From NCBI GenBank assembly GCA_032718475.1, contig JAUCBJ010008747.1:1-64000 (forward strand): 64,000 bases of DNA. Reading direction: 5' to 3'. The notes below the pieces were generated by a model. It saw only the letters and a list, made by a program, of their open reading frames with translations. It made no database searches and was not told where the DNA came from. Made by a program: the position numbers and the translations under genes. This stretch comes from Nemertoderma westbladi. Taxonomy: Eukaryota > Animalia > Xenacoelomorpha. Within the stretch, counting starts at the first letter, position 1; every line of letters begins with the position of its first letter. Shown one piece after another: positions 10,894-23,204 of the stretch.

Positions 10894-11429
10894 TTATCCT
10901 ATACTCTTTGTAGAAAAGAATCCACCTTCCATCTGAGAAAATATATAATTTGCATACCCTACAGTTAGTTTGACAGAACAATAATTCATACAACCATGCC
11001 TAGTGTCAATGTGAAAAGGACAGTTAGCATTAATGTGGAAATGACAATCTGCTTTAGGGTTAATGAATTTCTTATTTATTCCAAATATTTCCAGTAGTTG
11101 CGCAGTTATTCTAAGTTCATTCTCCAAAACCATTTGTTTATACATTCCAGAAACATATACTGTTTTTCCTGTCAACTGACGTCTAATATATTGTTTAAAT
11201 ACATCATGATTTAGGAAACCATATTCCCAAGACTTTTATCTCTGCTATTTGCTACTTTTCTTTCTTTAGTTGAATTTAACGTTAAATGGAGTGGTGCTTT
11301 AATGTAATAACAAGATTGTATACAGTTTGATTTCAAATCATAAACCACAAATTCTTTAAATATTACGGAATAAAATGAGTCATTGAGTACATGGTATTGA
11401 AAATCAACAATAAACCCGTTAATTATCAA
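10894..11429 (-). pseudogene. DnaQ/DEDD-fold exonuclease-like protein with Maelstrom-like Zn motif, frameshifted
   Basis: ORF 11211-11429 reads FIVDFQY..IFKEFVVYDL..YIKAP. After a frameshift near 11235 the other frame reads SWEYGFLNHDVFKQYIRRQLTGKTVYVSGMYK and runs into ORF 10894-11175, which ends CPFH..YCSVKLTVGYANYI. Confidence 0.55.
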
Positions 11430-11593
11430 GTGAATCAGAAAATATTTATAAAAATAATAAGCAGGATAAGAATTACTATCAAAAAGAATAAAAAGTTATA
11501 AACATCTTAATTAAATATAATAATGGGTGAGGAAAATTGTAATGAACTTAAAGACTTTTATTAACCAATAAGAAATAGTAGAAATTGTACATT

Positions 11594-12378
11594 GTCCTTC
11601 CCATTGTCCCTATAGCTCGCATTAGCTCTACTGCTCCCAAAAATACAATAAATTGCATTAATTAATGAAGATTTTAATAATAATATTTTTACAGTACTAT
11701 ACCAAACTAAACTAAACCAAACCTAGTCCATCAGTCTCAATCCCAAGCTTCTTCTCTCCATTCTGTCGGCCATTCGCATTGATTTTGTTCTTGTTGTACT
11801 TTTCCCTCATTCTCTCCATATTGATTCTTTAAACCAAATCGTTTTCTAAACTCATGAGCTTACCAACATAGTGGTAACCCATTCCTATAATGACAATTCT
11901 TTATGTGAAACTCCTTTCCTTCTTTTGGAAAACTGTGCACTGGATTGTTGGGGCACTCTTTGACAAACTCCACCCCCGGCTTTCTACATTTTATTAGATG
12001 CCTAAGCATTCGAGCATTGGCCACTCTGTGGGAAGGGTTGTAAGGACATATTTGATATGTCATCTCCATTGTTAGTTTCTATATTTAAGAATAACGTGTT
12101 GTAGAATAAGAGTAAGAATAAGATTTTACTAGGAATATTAAGAAGTTTTACTAAGGCAGTAAAAACAATTAAGATTTAACTTTACGTGATTTTTATTTAT
12201 ATAGAAAAATCCACCTTAACATTTCAAACAAGGTCGTAGTTTTAGGCATGGCATGGCAAGCACGAGGGATTATGCATTACTTCAAACATAAAACTACAGT
12301 ATCTAGTATAGAGATGGTTGGGGATTAATTTAACATATGGTTTTTTGGGTAGGGCTAATACTTGGAGCGTGCGATCAT
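11594..12378 (-). repeat. Right arm of ~800 bp inverted duplication
   Basis: Reverse complement of 3-807 with few differences. Confidence 0.95.
11737..12069 (-). pseudogene. GTSF1/Asterix-like double CHHC gene, copy with in-frame TAA
   Basis: The 69 aa ORF ends LPLCW*. The same frame continues AHEFRKRFGLKNQYGENEGKVQQEQNQCEWPTEWREEAWD* to 11737, giving ~110 aa in total. Confidence 0.75.
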
Positions 12379-15141
12379 GCGCGCAGGATGCTTCATAAAG
12401 TACAATACGAAAGAATGCAATTTATTGCAAACCAGATGTTTATTGTAATTTTCTCAGGCGATTTGACAATGGTCTACATGATAACGAAGCTGGAGGTTTA
12501 TAATTTAAAATTTGTGGCAACCCCGTTGGCATACAGTATAACTCAACATAGGATTCAATGGGATTAGTCATGCTACGTCTAATAAAGAGCCCAAACAGTC
12601 TCAGATTATTGGGGGACTGAGCCAAGGCCAAACTGGCCCACGTATTTTCCTGAAACGGTAATTTATGTTTTATGATTTATGCCCCGCTCGCATCTTTATA
12701 TTTCATTCTATCATTCTATTGTATGACAAAAATAATACAAATGTACTGTATATTGTATTGTATGGTACCTATTGTATTGTATATTTCATCTACTGTACCT
12801 ACTGTAGTACTACTATCTATTCATCACGCATCCCCTGTCTGATTGATTTGTGTCAAATTAAATTGCCTTTGGCAACATTATTTGATACAAATCGATCGAT
12901 TAAACAATTAATTAATTGTATAACCGACCAATTAATTAATTAATTAATGACCTACTTAACACCTAAGGTGTGAAGTTGGTCCAACTGTTGCAGAAAAGGG
13001 GTAACCATTACTACTATGGATTCAAAACCAGCATGCGGGAATATAGACCAACTTATGGTTATTTTAATTAATAATACACAACGAGAGTACACCGTATCTA
13101 TTGGAGATAATCTTTGAACGGAGCAATGCTCCAATACTATATGTTTCTAAAAACATAGGCCCTGAAGACCGTTTTAAGCTTCCAATGCTGGCATTGTATG
13201 AAAATGAAGTTAGTTGTTCTTATTATTAATGAAAAATATATTGTGGTTATGGTTACAGACAGACATGAATATCATATAGCCAACACAGAAAGTAATAACA
13301 ATATAAGAGCATCTAATTAGGATGATTAGTCAGTTCAGTTATTTCCGATTGGTCAAGTAATTTGTAGCAAGATTAATCGAGATAAGTAAGTACGTACTGC
13401 ACCATATTAGTAGTAGGCAATACACCTTAATTGAAACAGCGTCTGCCATAGTAGTAGTCGTAGTCGCGTGCCCAGAGGCACAGCACCAGACAGGCTGGCA
13501 TTTAATTTGCTATAATTCCATATCGAGTAAAATACGGACATATGAACCGTGAATGTTTGGAAGACAACGCAAAGTAAATAAACAACAGACTATTAAAAGC
13601 AGATATTTACAAATACAACCCGAAATATACAGACAATAGTTCGTACGATATAGTGATATTGAGGACAAGTATTAGTAAAAATAGCAATTAAAATCAATCC
13701 AATTACATCAGTCAAAGTATTGCTGGATCAGCTTCTTTTGATACACATATAATATGTTGATGATTAGAACAAGTGTTAAATAAAATTATCAGTTAAGCTT
13801 AAAGTCTACCATATGTTAACCCTATTACCACTGGGGGGGGGGGGGGGGCATACTCGGCCCCTTCCTAGTTTTTACTTGCTGTATCTATGCAACCACATTA
13901 TGTACCAGCCCATTTTTTTTATGAGAATTAGTCAAATTTAATGGCGCATCTTTTGCAAAAAACGGCGTTGCAGTTAGATTTCAACTTTTCGATGTGGGTG
14001 CCATCTAAAATTTGGTCCCCAGCAGAAATTTTTTTGAAATTTTCAAATTTTACAAGGTCATTTGTGAGTTAGTAATTATCTTTATGTTGGGGCTTTTTTT
14101 TATTGATTCTGATTCGTATGGAGCACTCTACTACTCTATATAAGTATAAGGGAAGTGGTACGTTATTTTTTGTGCACTAAAATTAGGGCGTGGCACTTCA
14201 AATTTTCAAAATTGCAATATTCGTTAAATACTCCGAAGTTTTGATTTCAACGCATTTTGATGGGTTTTCTGGCCCACTTAATCGATTGAAAGTAATATAG
14301 AAGACTCAATTCTTAGTGGTACATCATTTTTGGTGCACCAAAGTTAGGGTGTGACAAGTAGGCTTACTTCAAATTTTCAAAATTATGATATTCGGAAAAT
14401 ACCACAAGGTTTTCATTTCAACCCATTTTTATAGGTTATCTGGACCGCTGAATCGATTGAAAATAATATTGAAGCTTCAAGTCTTAGATGTGTGCCATAA
14501 GTTGCAAAGCTCAATAATAATGAGTCAACAATCATTGGTTTACCCGACTTTATTAATAATTAACACACCGTGTGATTCTAATACAAACAGAGATATATTG
14601 AAGGTCAACCAGGATTCGCCTTAGTTTAGCTTATCTGGTAGGAATGATACCAATTATATTGCAATATAGATAAAAATAAAAATATACAGTACTCGGCAAT
14701 CCAATAACCAGTATTGCCAGTAATCATTATTGACACGTCTGCATGTCTTATATATTGACAGAAGACTGAATCACTGCTACTGATTTAGGATTATAATTAA
14801 TTACCCACGTCAGTAGTACAGCTCTGTACCAGTAGTCAGGTTACTGTTTTACAGTTTAATACCGCAGCATCCTAACTACAGTTATTAATAGGTACGCAGA
14901 GCTAAAATATTATTAAGGCAGTATTGTCCGCAGTATACCAAGATAATAAAACTTGGTATATTAGCACCCATGCGCCCTTCCATAATACAGGGCTAAAAAC
15001 CTGTAGGTTCGCAATACTCTTTTTTACCAAATGTGTTTATATTCATGTATATATTCAAACGAAATATCAGAATGTAGGAACGCCTAATAGGCTATTTCGG
15101 GCTAATTATACTGTGGTGCTATTACTGCTCCAGGGAAAGTA

Positions 15142-15937
15142 ATTCTTATACCAAACAACACCTACGTAATTAAGCCTAGTGTTCAAAGTGTTAATTGCAA
15201 TTATATTGCTCATTAATCCTTTATCTCATACACAAATCGTGACTAATCTTTTATTTATGCTTAATTCATTTCACACTTCAGAACAATCATACATATTTAA
15301 TTTATTTTTATACTACAGTAAAGAGCATACTAATCTAGTTTTTTCTAGTTTTTTGCGAAGCTGTGCTCTTATAAATTACAAACTTGAGAAGCTGTGTCCT
15401 ATGAAAATTATAATAACATGAAATCACTCAAAAAACTGATTTTATAAACATTACATACATAGTAATTTCAAATTAGGTATGACACATAATAAAAGAAATG
15501 CCGCTTTTACTTTGATCTGTTTATTTACAATATATTTCAATAGGATTACATAATTGCAACACACAATAATGACAACACTGCTTTTTTCTTTGATATTTTT
15601 AATTGCAATGCTATCAACCTAAAGATAATCTCTAAAACTATGCAAAATTTTCTTTTCATAAAATGACAATTTTTTAAAAGATTATAAAAGGATTATTTTT
15701 CCAGTCATAACGGCGCCAATAGTCTATTTTTAAACCCTAGTGAAACCGTAATGAAACCTCTCCTAATTGGATAACCTACACTTTTGGCTACATTTTGATT
15801 GGTTTTTGCTTCCGATTGGACAAATCGTTATACAAATCCATATATAAAGCATCTTTAGCAAAAGTTTTTCATTCTTTCGAATAATCACTCATATTCAAGT
15901 AAACTTTATCATTTTTTGTTATAATTTGTTTTCATTA
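15142..15937 (+). repeat. Polinton left TIR
   Basis: attcttataccaaacaacacctacg.. is the reverse complement of the sequence ending at 30907. Similarity runs ~790 bp. Confidence 0.93.
15765..15850 (+). promoter_or_regulatory. CCAAT (ATTGG x3) + TATA promoter inside the TIR
   Basis: attgg at ~15766, 15798 and 15816, then tatataaa at 15841, ~140 bp upstream of ATG 15983. Mirrored in the right TIR upstream of pPolB. Confidence 0.6.
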
Positions 15938-15982
15938 ATTATTTTAAATAATTGACAAATAGCTTATTCATCTCACTCACTC

Positions 15983-17646
15983 ATGGATCTAACAACCAAC
16001 GAAAATGAGATCTCAGTATCCGACAATTCATTTGGGTTTTATTTCGACTCCTCCAACCAAAAGTTCCCATTCACTGTCAACACCTTTCGTAATCATCCTA
16101 CTCGCATCCCTTCTCATTATGCTCATTTTATAATGAGGGCCTGCTATCAGTTGGAAGACGGGGTTTATCAATCTTCAGATGAAACATTATACTGCCCAAC
16201 AAATGATTGCCTTAAAGTGCAAAAGTCACAAGATATTGTATCTTTCAATATTCCCACTATTGAAGAAACTTTTACAATTCCATCTTCTGTTTTTACCTTC
16301 ATTCGTGACAACCATAATCATGAAAGTTTTGAAAAAATGTTGGGACCATCATCGTTGAAAGCTACATTTTCTGCTGATAACTCACCCTTCGATTTTCATG
16401 CAACTGCAAAATCAATGTTTCTTCTAATTTGGAATCATAAACCAACAATTAATCCAGAGAACAATCAAGAATGTAGGATATTCAAATTATTCAATATGGA
16501 TATTATTACTTTGTGGGAGAAAATGAATGAGCTAATTTGTATATATGACAAAAAAACCGAGTTACATTTTGGTTTTAATTTTAAAGTTGCTCAGTCATCA
16601 AACACTCAACCATCTACCTATACTGAAATTGTCAACCTTACGGATACCATCAATGGAGGGTGGCTACCTATCTCAGCTACAGCTATCGCTCTTCTTCGAC
16701 ACTATCTCGAAGTCTGTCGTCCATTCATCAACACACAAATACACTTTATTCTTCATCCTGGCAATTATGTTTCCTTCGATAGTTCAACATTTGGCTATAT
16801 TACAAATCTTCAACAAGAAAGGAATATTGCCATTGCCTCAGGAGTAGAAGTCGATGCTGGTAAAGCCATAATCTCACTACATGATTCGATATTACTAACC
16901 CCAGAAGAAGTAAACAAATTAACATTTGATACAGATGAAGCAGATGAATTTGATGAATTAAGTGAGAAACGATTAATCTCTGAAAGAATTAAACTTCACT
17001 TTATGATGCTTCGAATACTGTTGAAATCAGTGATAGGCTCTTGCATACTGCCTTCACTTTTGACAATGATGATCGAGCAACGGAAGCTTTGATACAACTA
17101 CAAAATATGCTTCATGATGTTGCTACTTCAAAGGAAATAACTCTTCCCAATCATCAATGCATGGAATTGAGCAAATCACTCACGAGTTTCATTTACACCT
17201 TCAAGGGGACAAACTACGTTGGAATCTGGCCATACAAACAAAAAGATAATAAATTTAAAACAATATTGTTTACAAGTGGGATGAATATCAAGTCAGATTT
17301 TTTCAAAAAGTTTCATGTAATGCGACAATCACCAAATCATCCTCAATGTTGCATCGCACCACATATTCATGTTCGTTATGCAAATGGTGAAACAATATTA
17401 ACCAATTTGAAGTCCCACAACCAAATTTTGCTTTCAGCAAATTTTGGAGTTGAGCATTGCATCAATTTCCTCAAACAAAAATTAGACAACGCGGTTTATC
17501 TTCCCAACCAACATCATTTGAATCTGTTTCATCCTACTTCCCTCTCAACACCACCAAAAATGTCCAACATTTCTAAAGAAATGTATAAAATAAAATTACC
17601 TACCATATGTCATAAAGACGAAAAGAAAATGAAACTAGATGATTAA
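15983..17646 (+). pseudogene. Polinton accessory protein with PC4-like ssDNA-binding repeat(s), frameshifted near 17040
   Basis: Overlapping ORFs of 369 aa and 201 aa. FIYTFKGTNYVGIWPY..SGMNIKSDFF resembles the PC4 pattern FKGxxYxxIRxY..GIxL. Confidence 0.5.
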
Positions 17647-18063
17647 CTCTTTCATATTATTCATAATTATTTAACTCTTGTGTGTAAGGAATAATTATCT
17701 GCTTTGTGTGACTTATATATCTTCAATGTTTATTTTGTTATATGTCTCTTGTATATAAGGAATATTATATATCTACTTTGTGTGACTTATTATATCTTCA
17801 ATGTGTATTTTGTTATATAACTAACACATTTCATAATTATTTAGTATAATATATTGATGATGTCGGCTATAAAAATTCAAAGTTTCCCTCATAATTTAAA
17901 AAAAAAATAAAGGAAATTTTTTCCACTCAACTTTTTATAATATATTTTTATATACTATATGACTAAATGATATTGACACACAACTATATATAAATACATC
18001 TACATGATTAAATATAATTAACACACACACACATATACACATTACATAATATATAAAATAACA

Positions 18064-18492
18064 TCATCTCTTTTTAGTCTTTCTTCTCAACCAGCATGCT
18101 AGTACTTTTTCATTATGCAACAACTCACTACTAAATATTTTCAATGGATTGACATTTTTTGGACGCTCACATAAATAATATAAGCAATATCTACCACAAC
18201 TTGTACGAAAAGGATGCTGAATTATCTGACGTGTTCTTTCCCATACAATTGTATTACGAACCAACCAATCTTCAATTCTTGGAGTTGGATATTGAGCAAA
18301 TGAATCAAAATATTCACCTTTACCATCACATACATATATAGCTACCCAATGAGTTCCAGGCAAATGACTTGGTTGAATATTACTAATGAAGCTCATCTCT
18401 CTAGAATCTATCTGAGGAAGCTTATCCACTGGAAAAGATCCTCTATAATGATTACCAACAGGATAATCATTTAAATCATATGAGTTTAACAT
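18064..18492 (-). CDS. Adenain-like cysteine maturation protease
   Basis: PGTHWVA (His), EYFDSF (Asp), Q..SCGRYCL (Gln/Cys). Confidence 0.92.
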   Translation of the reverse strand: MLNSYDLNDYPVGNHYRGSFPVDKLPQIDSREMSFISNIQPSHLPGTHWVAIYVCDGKGEYFDSFAQYPTPRIEDWLVRNTIVWERTRQIIQHPFRTSCGRYCLYYLCERPKNVNPLKIFSSELLHNEKVLACWLRRKTKKR

Positions 18493-18502
18493 TTCTTTTA
18501 TT

Positions 18503-19745
18503 TTAAAAGATAGTTACATTACCGTCTTTACTTATATTGAGACTCTTATCATATCCCATCCAGAGAATAATGTTTATTGTTGCTGGTAGTGCATTAGCAA
18601 ATTGCAACTCTAATCTTGCATTGCCAACATGTCTAGGTAAGAAATCATCACTATCTAAGTAACCATCTGGAGCAAGGTTCAAAATAAAGAAAGGGTACAT
18701 ATCACGGAAGCTAGTAGGAGTAATTGCGTTACTAGTGCCTCGTATGATAGAAGTAAGGTTATTCTGAGTATTCATTTATATATTGATTGGCACCAAAATT
18801 TGGTTTATAAGTGACACCACCAAGAACTTTTCCATCCAATGTTATTTGTAAAAAATTTACATCAAAATGCTGAAATGCCATTGAATTACGTCCATATATA
18901 CCTTTATATGCATCATTACGAATCATTCCCAAAATAATAAATCTCGGAGTATTGTTGCCAGCAAATATGTTTTCACGTACATGTGATCTCTGACCATTAC
19001 CAACTGTAAAAGTTGTAACTTCATTTTGTATGAATGGATATATAAAATCTTCCCTCTGTAGAAGATCAACATGTTCTTTCATGAGACTATCTTCTATTTT
19101 TATTCGTTTTGTTTTTAAGACAGCTTTTGTAATATTTACTCTACCTCCTTCAATGTCATCTCCACAAGTTAAACTAAAGTTATCAGGTGCTCTTGTTAAA
19201 GTAATTCTAACACTTGTTCTTGGTGGCAGTACTTTTATTTGATCAAAGATATCAATAAATAATAATCCTTGTACTTGATATTGTGAGCTTTTCAACGCTT
19301 CAGCATTTTCAAAAACAATAGGAACTCCATTTGTGGTTTGCTCTGCATATCCAGCTGCCGTAAGTATTGTTTCTTTAGTATTTCTATCATTAACTAAAAC
19401 AGCCTTTAAAAATGCTTTGTAAGCATAGTTTGAGGTATTGGGTTCAACCTGGCATTCATTAATCAATACATTAATATTAGAGAATAATGTTGATAAGGTT
19501 AATGGTGTTATTGAAACCACACCATTATTTGGTCGAGCTGTAGTTGATACTTCATAGACTATTTGTAGAGTTGTATCACCTCCTACAGTATAATATTCAT
19601 CTGATTTTTCAATTACAAAATCGATTACACTAGTTCCAATTCCAAGTGTTGTTATTGGATATACTTCATGTTCAAAACTTTCATTAATAATACTCTGTGT
19701 AGTAAAGTTGCTAAATAAATTTAATTAATCTATTGTTTCACTCAT
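18503..19745 (-). pseudogene. Major capsid protein (double jelly-roll), with nonsense and frameshift
   Basis: ATG at 19745 (MSETID*LNLFS..TQ..EVYP), NYAYKAF, PRFIILGM, FQHFDVN, RLELQFANALP..I. Stop at ~19726 and frameshift at ~18770. Confidence 0.85.
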
Positions 19746-19765
19746 TGTTATAGATTTTAACAAAA

Positions 19766-20345
19766 TTAACTAAAAATATCATCACAATCGTGTCTTTGAC
19801 CTTTGGTAACCTTTCTCCTTTGATATTTATTAACATTTATCCTTTTCCTTTTTTGTGGTTCGTTTATTGATGATGCATTTGCATTAAGAACCTCACGAAT
19901 TATTTTATTTGCTACACGTCTAGTTATTGGTTTGGTTCTTTTTAGCAATTTGTTGCATAGTTTGTTTAACTATTTTTCTTCTTGATTTTTTGAGTAATGG
20001 TACTCCTTTACGAAGAGCCGCTCGTGCAACAGGTTTAGCAATTTTTGGAATGACTTTTGCTGCCATTTTTACAATATTTCCAAATAATCCACGACCACGC
20101 TGCCCATACCTAGCATAGATAGTTCATGTATTCAAACGTCGACTTCTTAAACCACCTCGAAAATAAGGGAGACTTCCACTACTATTTCCCCATCCTCTTC
20201 CATCTTGCTTATAGCGCATTAGAAGGCGATATGGTGTAGTTTGACCAATTCTTCTTTTTCCTAAAGGATCAGTAGGATCAGGATATGAACCACCCTTAAC
20301 TAAGTAATTATCAACGCTTGACATTCTTTTTATTAAAAATATCAA
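19766..20345 (-). pseudogene. Basic virion core / membrane-lytic-type protein with GRG protease sites
   Basis: QDGRGW and QRGRGLFGNIVKMAAKVIPKIAKPV (amphipathic helix), with a basic tail ending DDIFS. In-frame TGA at 20124 and a frameshift at ~19940. Confidence 0.7.
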
Positions 20346-20390
20346 TTAGTAATATAAAATGAAGAAACAATGATTTGTTTTAGTCAACGT

Positions 20391-21182
20391 TTATTGATGC
20401 TTTAATAATAAAGTAACAACTACAGTCCCAGAATTAAGGTCTATCAAATTTCCATCATCATCTTTTAGCTGAATGTTTATTATTTCAATGTTTTGCATAT
20501 CAACAGGCTTATAATTTATGTTGTTGAATTCACGATGAACCAAAGACCCATAGTCACCTTCATATGGAATTGTTCTCAATAATGGCTTCAATTGATGTCA
20601 TACTATAACATTTGCACTTATATTGGAATAAATATTAATATTACCACTAAAGAAATCACAAGCTTTTTGAATGAAAAAAGTATCTTCATCGAGCATCATA
20701 GAACGGTTTATTTGCAAATATCCATTTTGTTTAATAACTTGGAAACGTTTTTTACTAAAGTAATTTTCTTCTTCCAACCCCAACAAACCTAGCATTCGAA
20801 TCAATTTATTACTATGAAAACGTATACGTTTGATTTTTTTCAAAAAGTGAAGCGAAATAGTATTATATAATGTATTAAATTGAATTTTTACTCTCATATC
20901 TAAAACACTCGCATTCAATTGTTCAATCAAGGTTTCTATATTGTCATAACAACCGGCAGATAATATATATCTCTTTATTTTTCCACGAACTCCTTGTGTA
21001 GTAATTAGAGTATCATTAATATTATACATTGAAGCCAAGTAAGTAATTTCTGATAATCCCACCATCCACATCCCACTCAAACGTAATGGTTGTGATAATT
21101 CTACATTAAAATTTGATGGTTTATTCTGTGGAAATCTTTCAGGTGATGAATTAGAAGGTAAATATAAAACAGTTTGCTGCAT
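20391..21182 (-). pseudogene. Minor capsid (penton-like) protein paralog 2, in-frame TGA at 20598
   Basis: LYLPSNSS..FPQN..F.VEL..L.G.W.VGLSEI.Y, IYSNI..VIV*..PLLRTIP and IQLKDDDG..VTL. Confidence 0.8.
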
Positions 21183-21184
21183 TA

Positions 21185-22009
21185 TTATTTCTTTTTTTGA
21201 CGTAAGTGTAAGGTGATTAGAGTGAATCCTGCATTAAATAGCAAAAGTTCTCCTTTTTCGTTTCGTATCTCAACTGCTATTTGATTAATAATATTGTTTG
21301 CTATAGGTCTATAATAAACTTTCCTAAAATCACTTGGGATAATATTATTTTGCTGAAGTATGATAGGTAATGTACGTAATAATGGCGCTGTTGTATTACC
21401 AACAATTGTATAAGATGTTATATCACTATAAAAGAATAAATTTTGTCTTCCTCTTACCAAATCACATGAAAAAGGACTAATTTTAGAAAAATCTTTACGT
21501 TGATTAGGTTTCTGCTTAAGTGATAAGTTATCTGTCTTTCCTATAGCAATGTTCCAATATTGATGCCACTCAACCTCTATATTATCATTCACAAATCCAT
21601 CAAAACCTAATATAGTTTTCAAATCTCCAGTTATCTCAAATGAAAAATTCTTTGAACAAGTTAGTTTAATTTTATTTGAAAATTTTATATATTTTATATT
21701 TATTGTTGTTTGAGAGTAACCAAAAGCTTCAAATGTTTCATTAATTTTTTGAACGATTGCTTCCATGCTTAAGTATAATCCTGGAGTAAAAAGAACAACA
21801 TTTCGAGAACCATTTTGATAGTAGAATATAAACTGTGATATTTGCTCAATGTTATAATATGAAGAAGAATATCGAATTTCAGATAAACCAACTTCTACAT
21901 CTGATGACAAATATAATGTATATGGAAGCTCAACTATAAATGAACTTAATGAATTATTAGGGAACCTCGAAGTTGGACCATTAGAAAATAATGTAATATA
22001 ACTATTCAT
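21185..22009 (-). CDS. Minor capsid (penton-like) protein paralog 1
   Basis: YITLFSN..FPNNSLSSF..VGLSEI.Y, FYSDI..IVGNTTAPLLRT and IRNEKGE..TLHLR. Confidence 0.85.
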   Translation of the reverse strand: MNSYITLFSNGPTSRFPNNSLSSFIVELPYTLYLSSDVEVGLSEIRYSSSYYNIEQISQFIFYYQNGSRNVVLFTPGLYLSMEAIVQKINETFEAFGYSQTTINIKYIKFSNKIKLTCSKNFSFEITGDLKTILGFDGFVNDNIEVEWHQYWNIAIGKTDNLSLKQKPNQRKDFSKISPFSCDLVRGRQNLFFYSDITSYTIVGNTTAPLLRTLPIILQQNNIIPSDFRKVYYRPIANNIINQIAVEIRNEKGELLLFNAGFTLITLHLRQKKK

Positions 22010-22049
22010 TTTTGGAAATTATATAAATTAAGTTAAATTTAATCATAAC

Positions 22050-23110
22050 TTATTTACGTAGTTGGTTTCCATCAATCCACATATTTCGCTTATTACCCTT
22101 AAATCGTACTAAATATTGCTTGCTTTTGTTTTTTATACGTTCTTTGACTATTTTTTCAATTGGAAAAATATCTGTAGCTTGCTTCACTAGTTGAAGTTCT
22201 TCTTCATAGAAGGTGCCCTCAATATCTCTACCAACAGAATCAGTTATATGATACATTGGATATGGAAGATGATCTCTTCTAATACGTTTTATCTTAAAAA
22301 TTTCATTTGTCCAGTTCCCAATATATGATTTTTCAAATACATGTTTAGCAATATTAAGTCGTACACTATTACCTATTTTCAACTTTGGTTTAGAGAGCTT
22401 CTTAACTGTACCAAAAAGTTTTAGTCTCACTATAGCTTGATTTTGCTTATTTACTTGTAAAGGCTTCATTCCTATTGATCTATGAAATGTATTATTATAT
22501 GTATTAATAATTTTAGGAAGGATATCTACCCATTTAGTATTTCTTCTACGAGTAAATATTTTGAACATCCGTGACTTTAAAGTACGATTAAAACGTTCAC
22601 AAATTGCGGCTTTGAATTGGGATCGAGTTGTATAATAATTCACCTTATTTTTCTTTAGATAAGTCAGTACTATGCGATTATTGAATTCAAGTCCTTGATC
22701 ACTATTGATCACCTTGATCAAAAAATTATTTCTAAATCTACCTTAATTTCTTTCCCTGTTTTTCGTTTTAGTGGTAATGCCCAAACTTGTTTTGAAAAAC
22801 AATCAATTACTGTTATAATATAATTGAAACCAGAATTAACATTGCTATATTTCTGCATATCAACCAAATCTGTTTGTATAGTATCTCTTATACCCGAAAT
22901 AAACATTCTAGAAGTGGGATAATAATGCCTTCTAGCTGATCTATGAAGAGTGTAGGTCGGTTGACTCGCTAGCCAATTTTTTACAATACTTTGCTTCAAC
23001 CCGCTCGCTTTGCTTAGTGCTTTTACGCCACCAAACCCTGCAGTGTTTGAAATATTGTAGTAAACAGCAGCTAGCCGACGATCTCGTTGGTTCACCATCA
23101 CTTTGGTCAT
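22050..23110 (-). pseudogene. Retroviral-like DDE integrase with C-terminal chromodomain, frameshifted near 22720
   Basis: YTLHR, QTDLVDM, IDCFSK, SDQGLEF, ERFNRTLK, YNNTFHRSIGMKP, FYEEEL and QYLVRFKG..W. Confidence 0.93.
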
Positions 23111-23204
23111 AACTACGTTTTTGACTTATACAATTACACACACAATCACAATTGATTTTCAATCTCTTAAACCAAGACATTATTATTAATATTATTACTA
23201 CTAT

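Noticed and set aside
14811-14840. AGTAGT motifs as the Polinton left terminus
   Set aside because: The following sequence does not match the reverse complement of the right end (agtagtaaggaggaccagg) and no TSD is evident.
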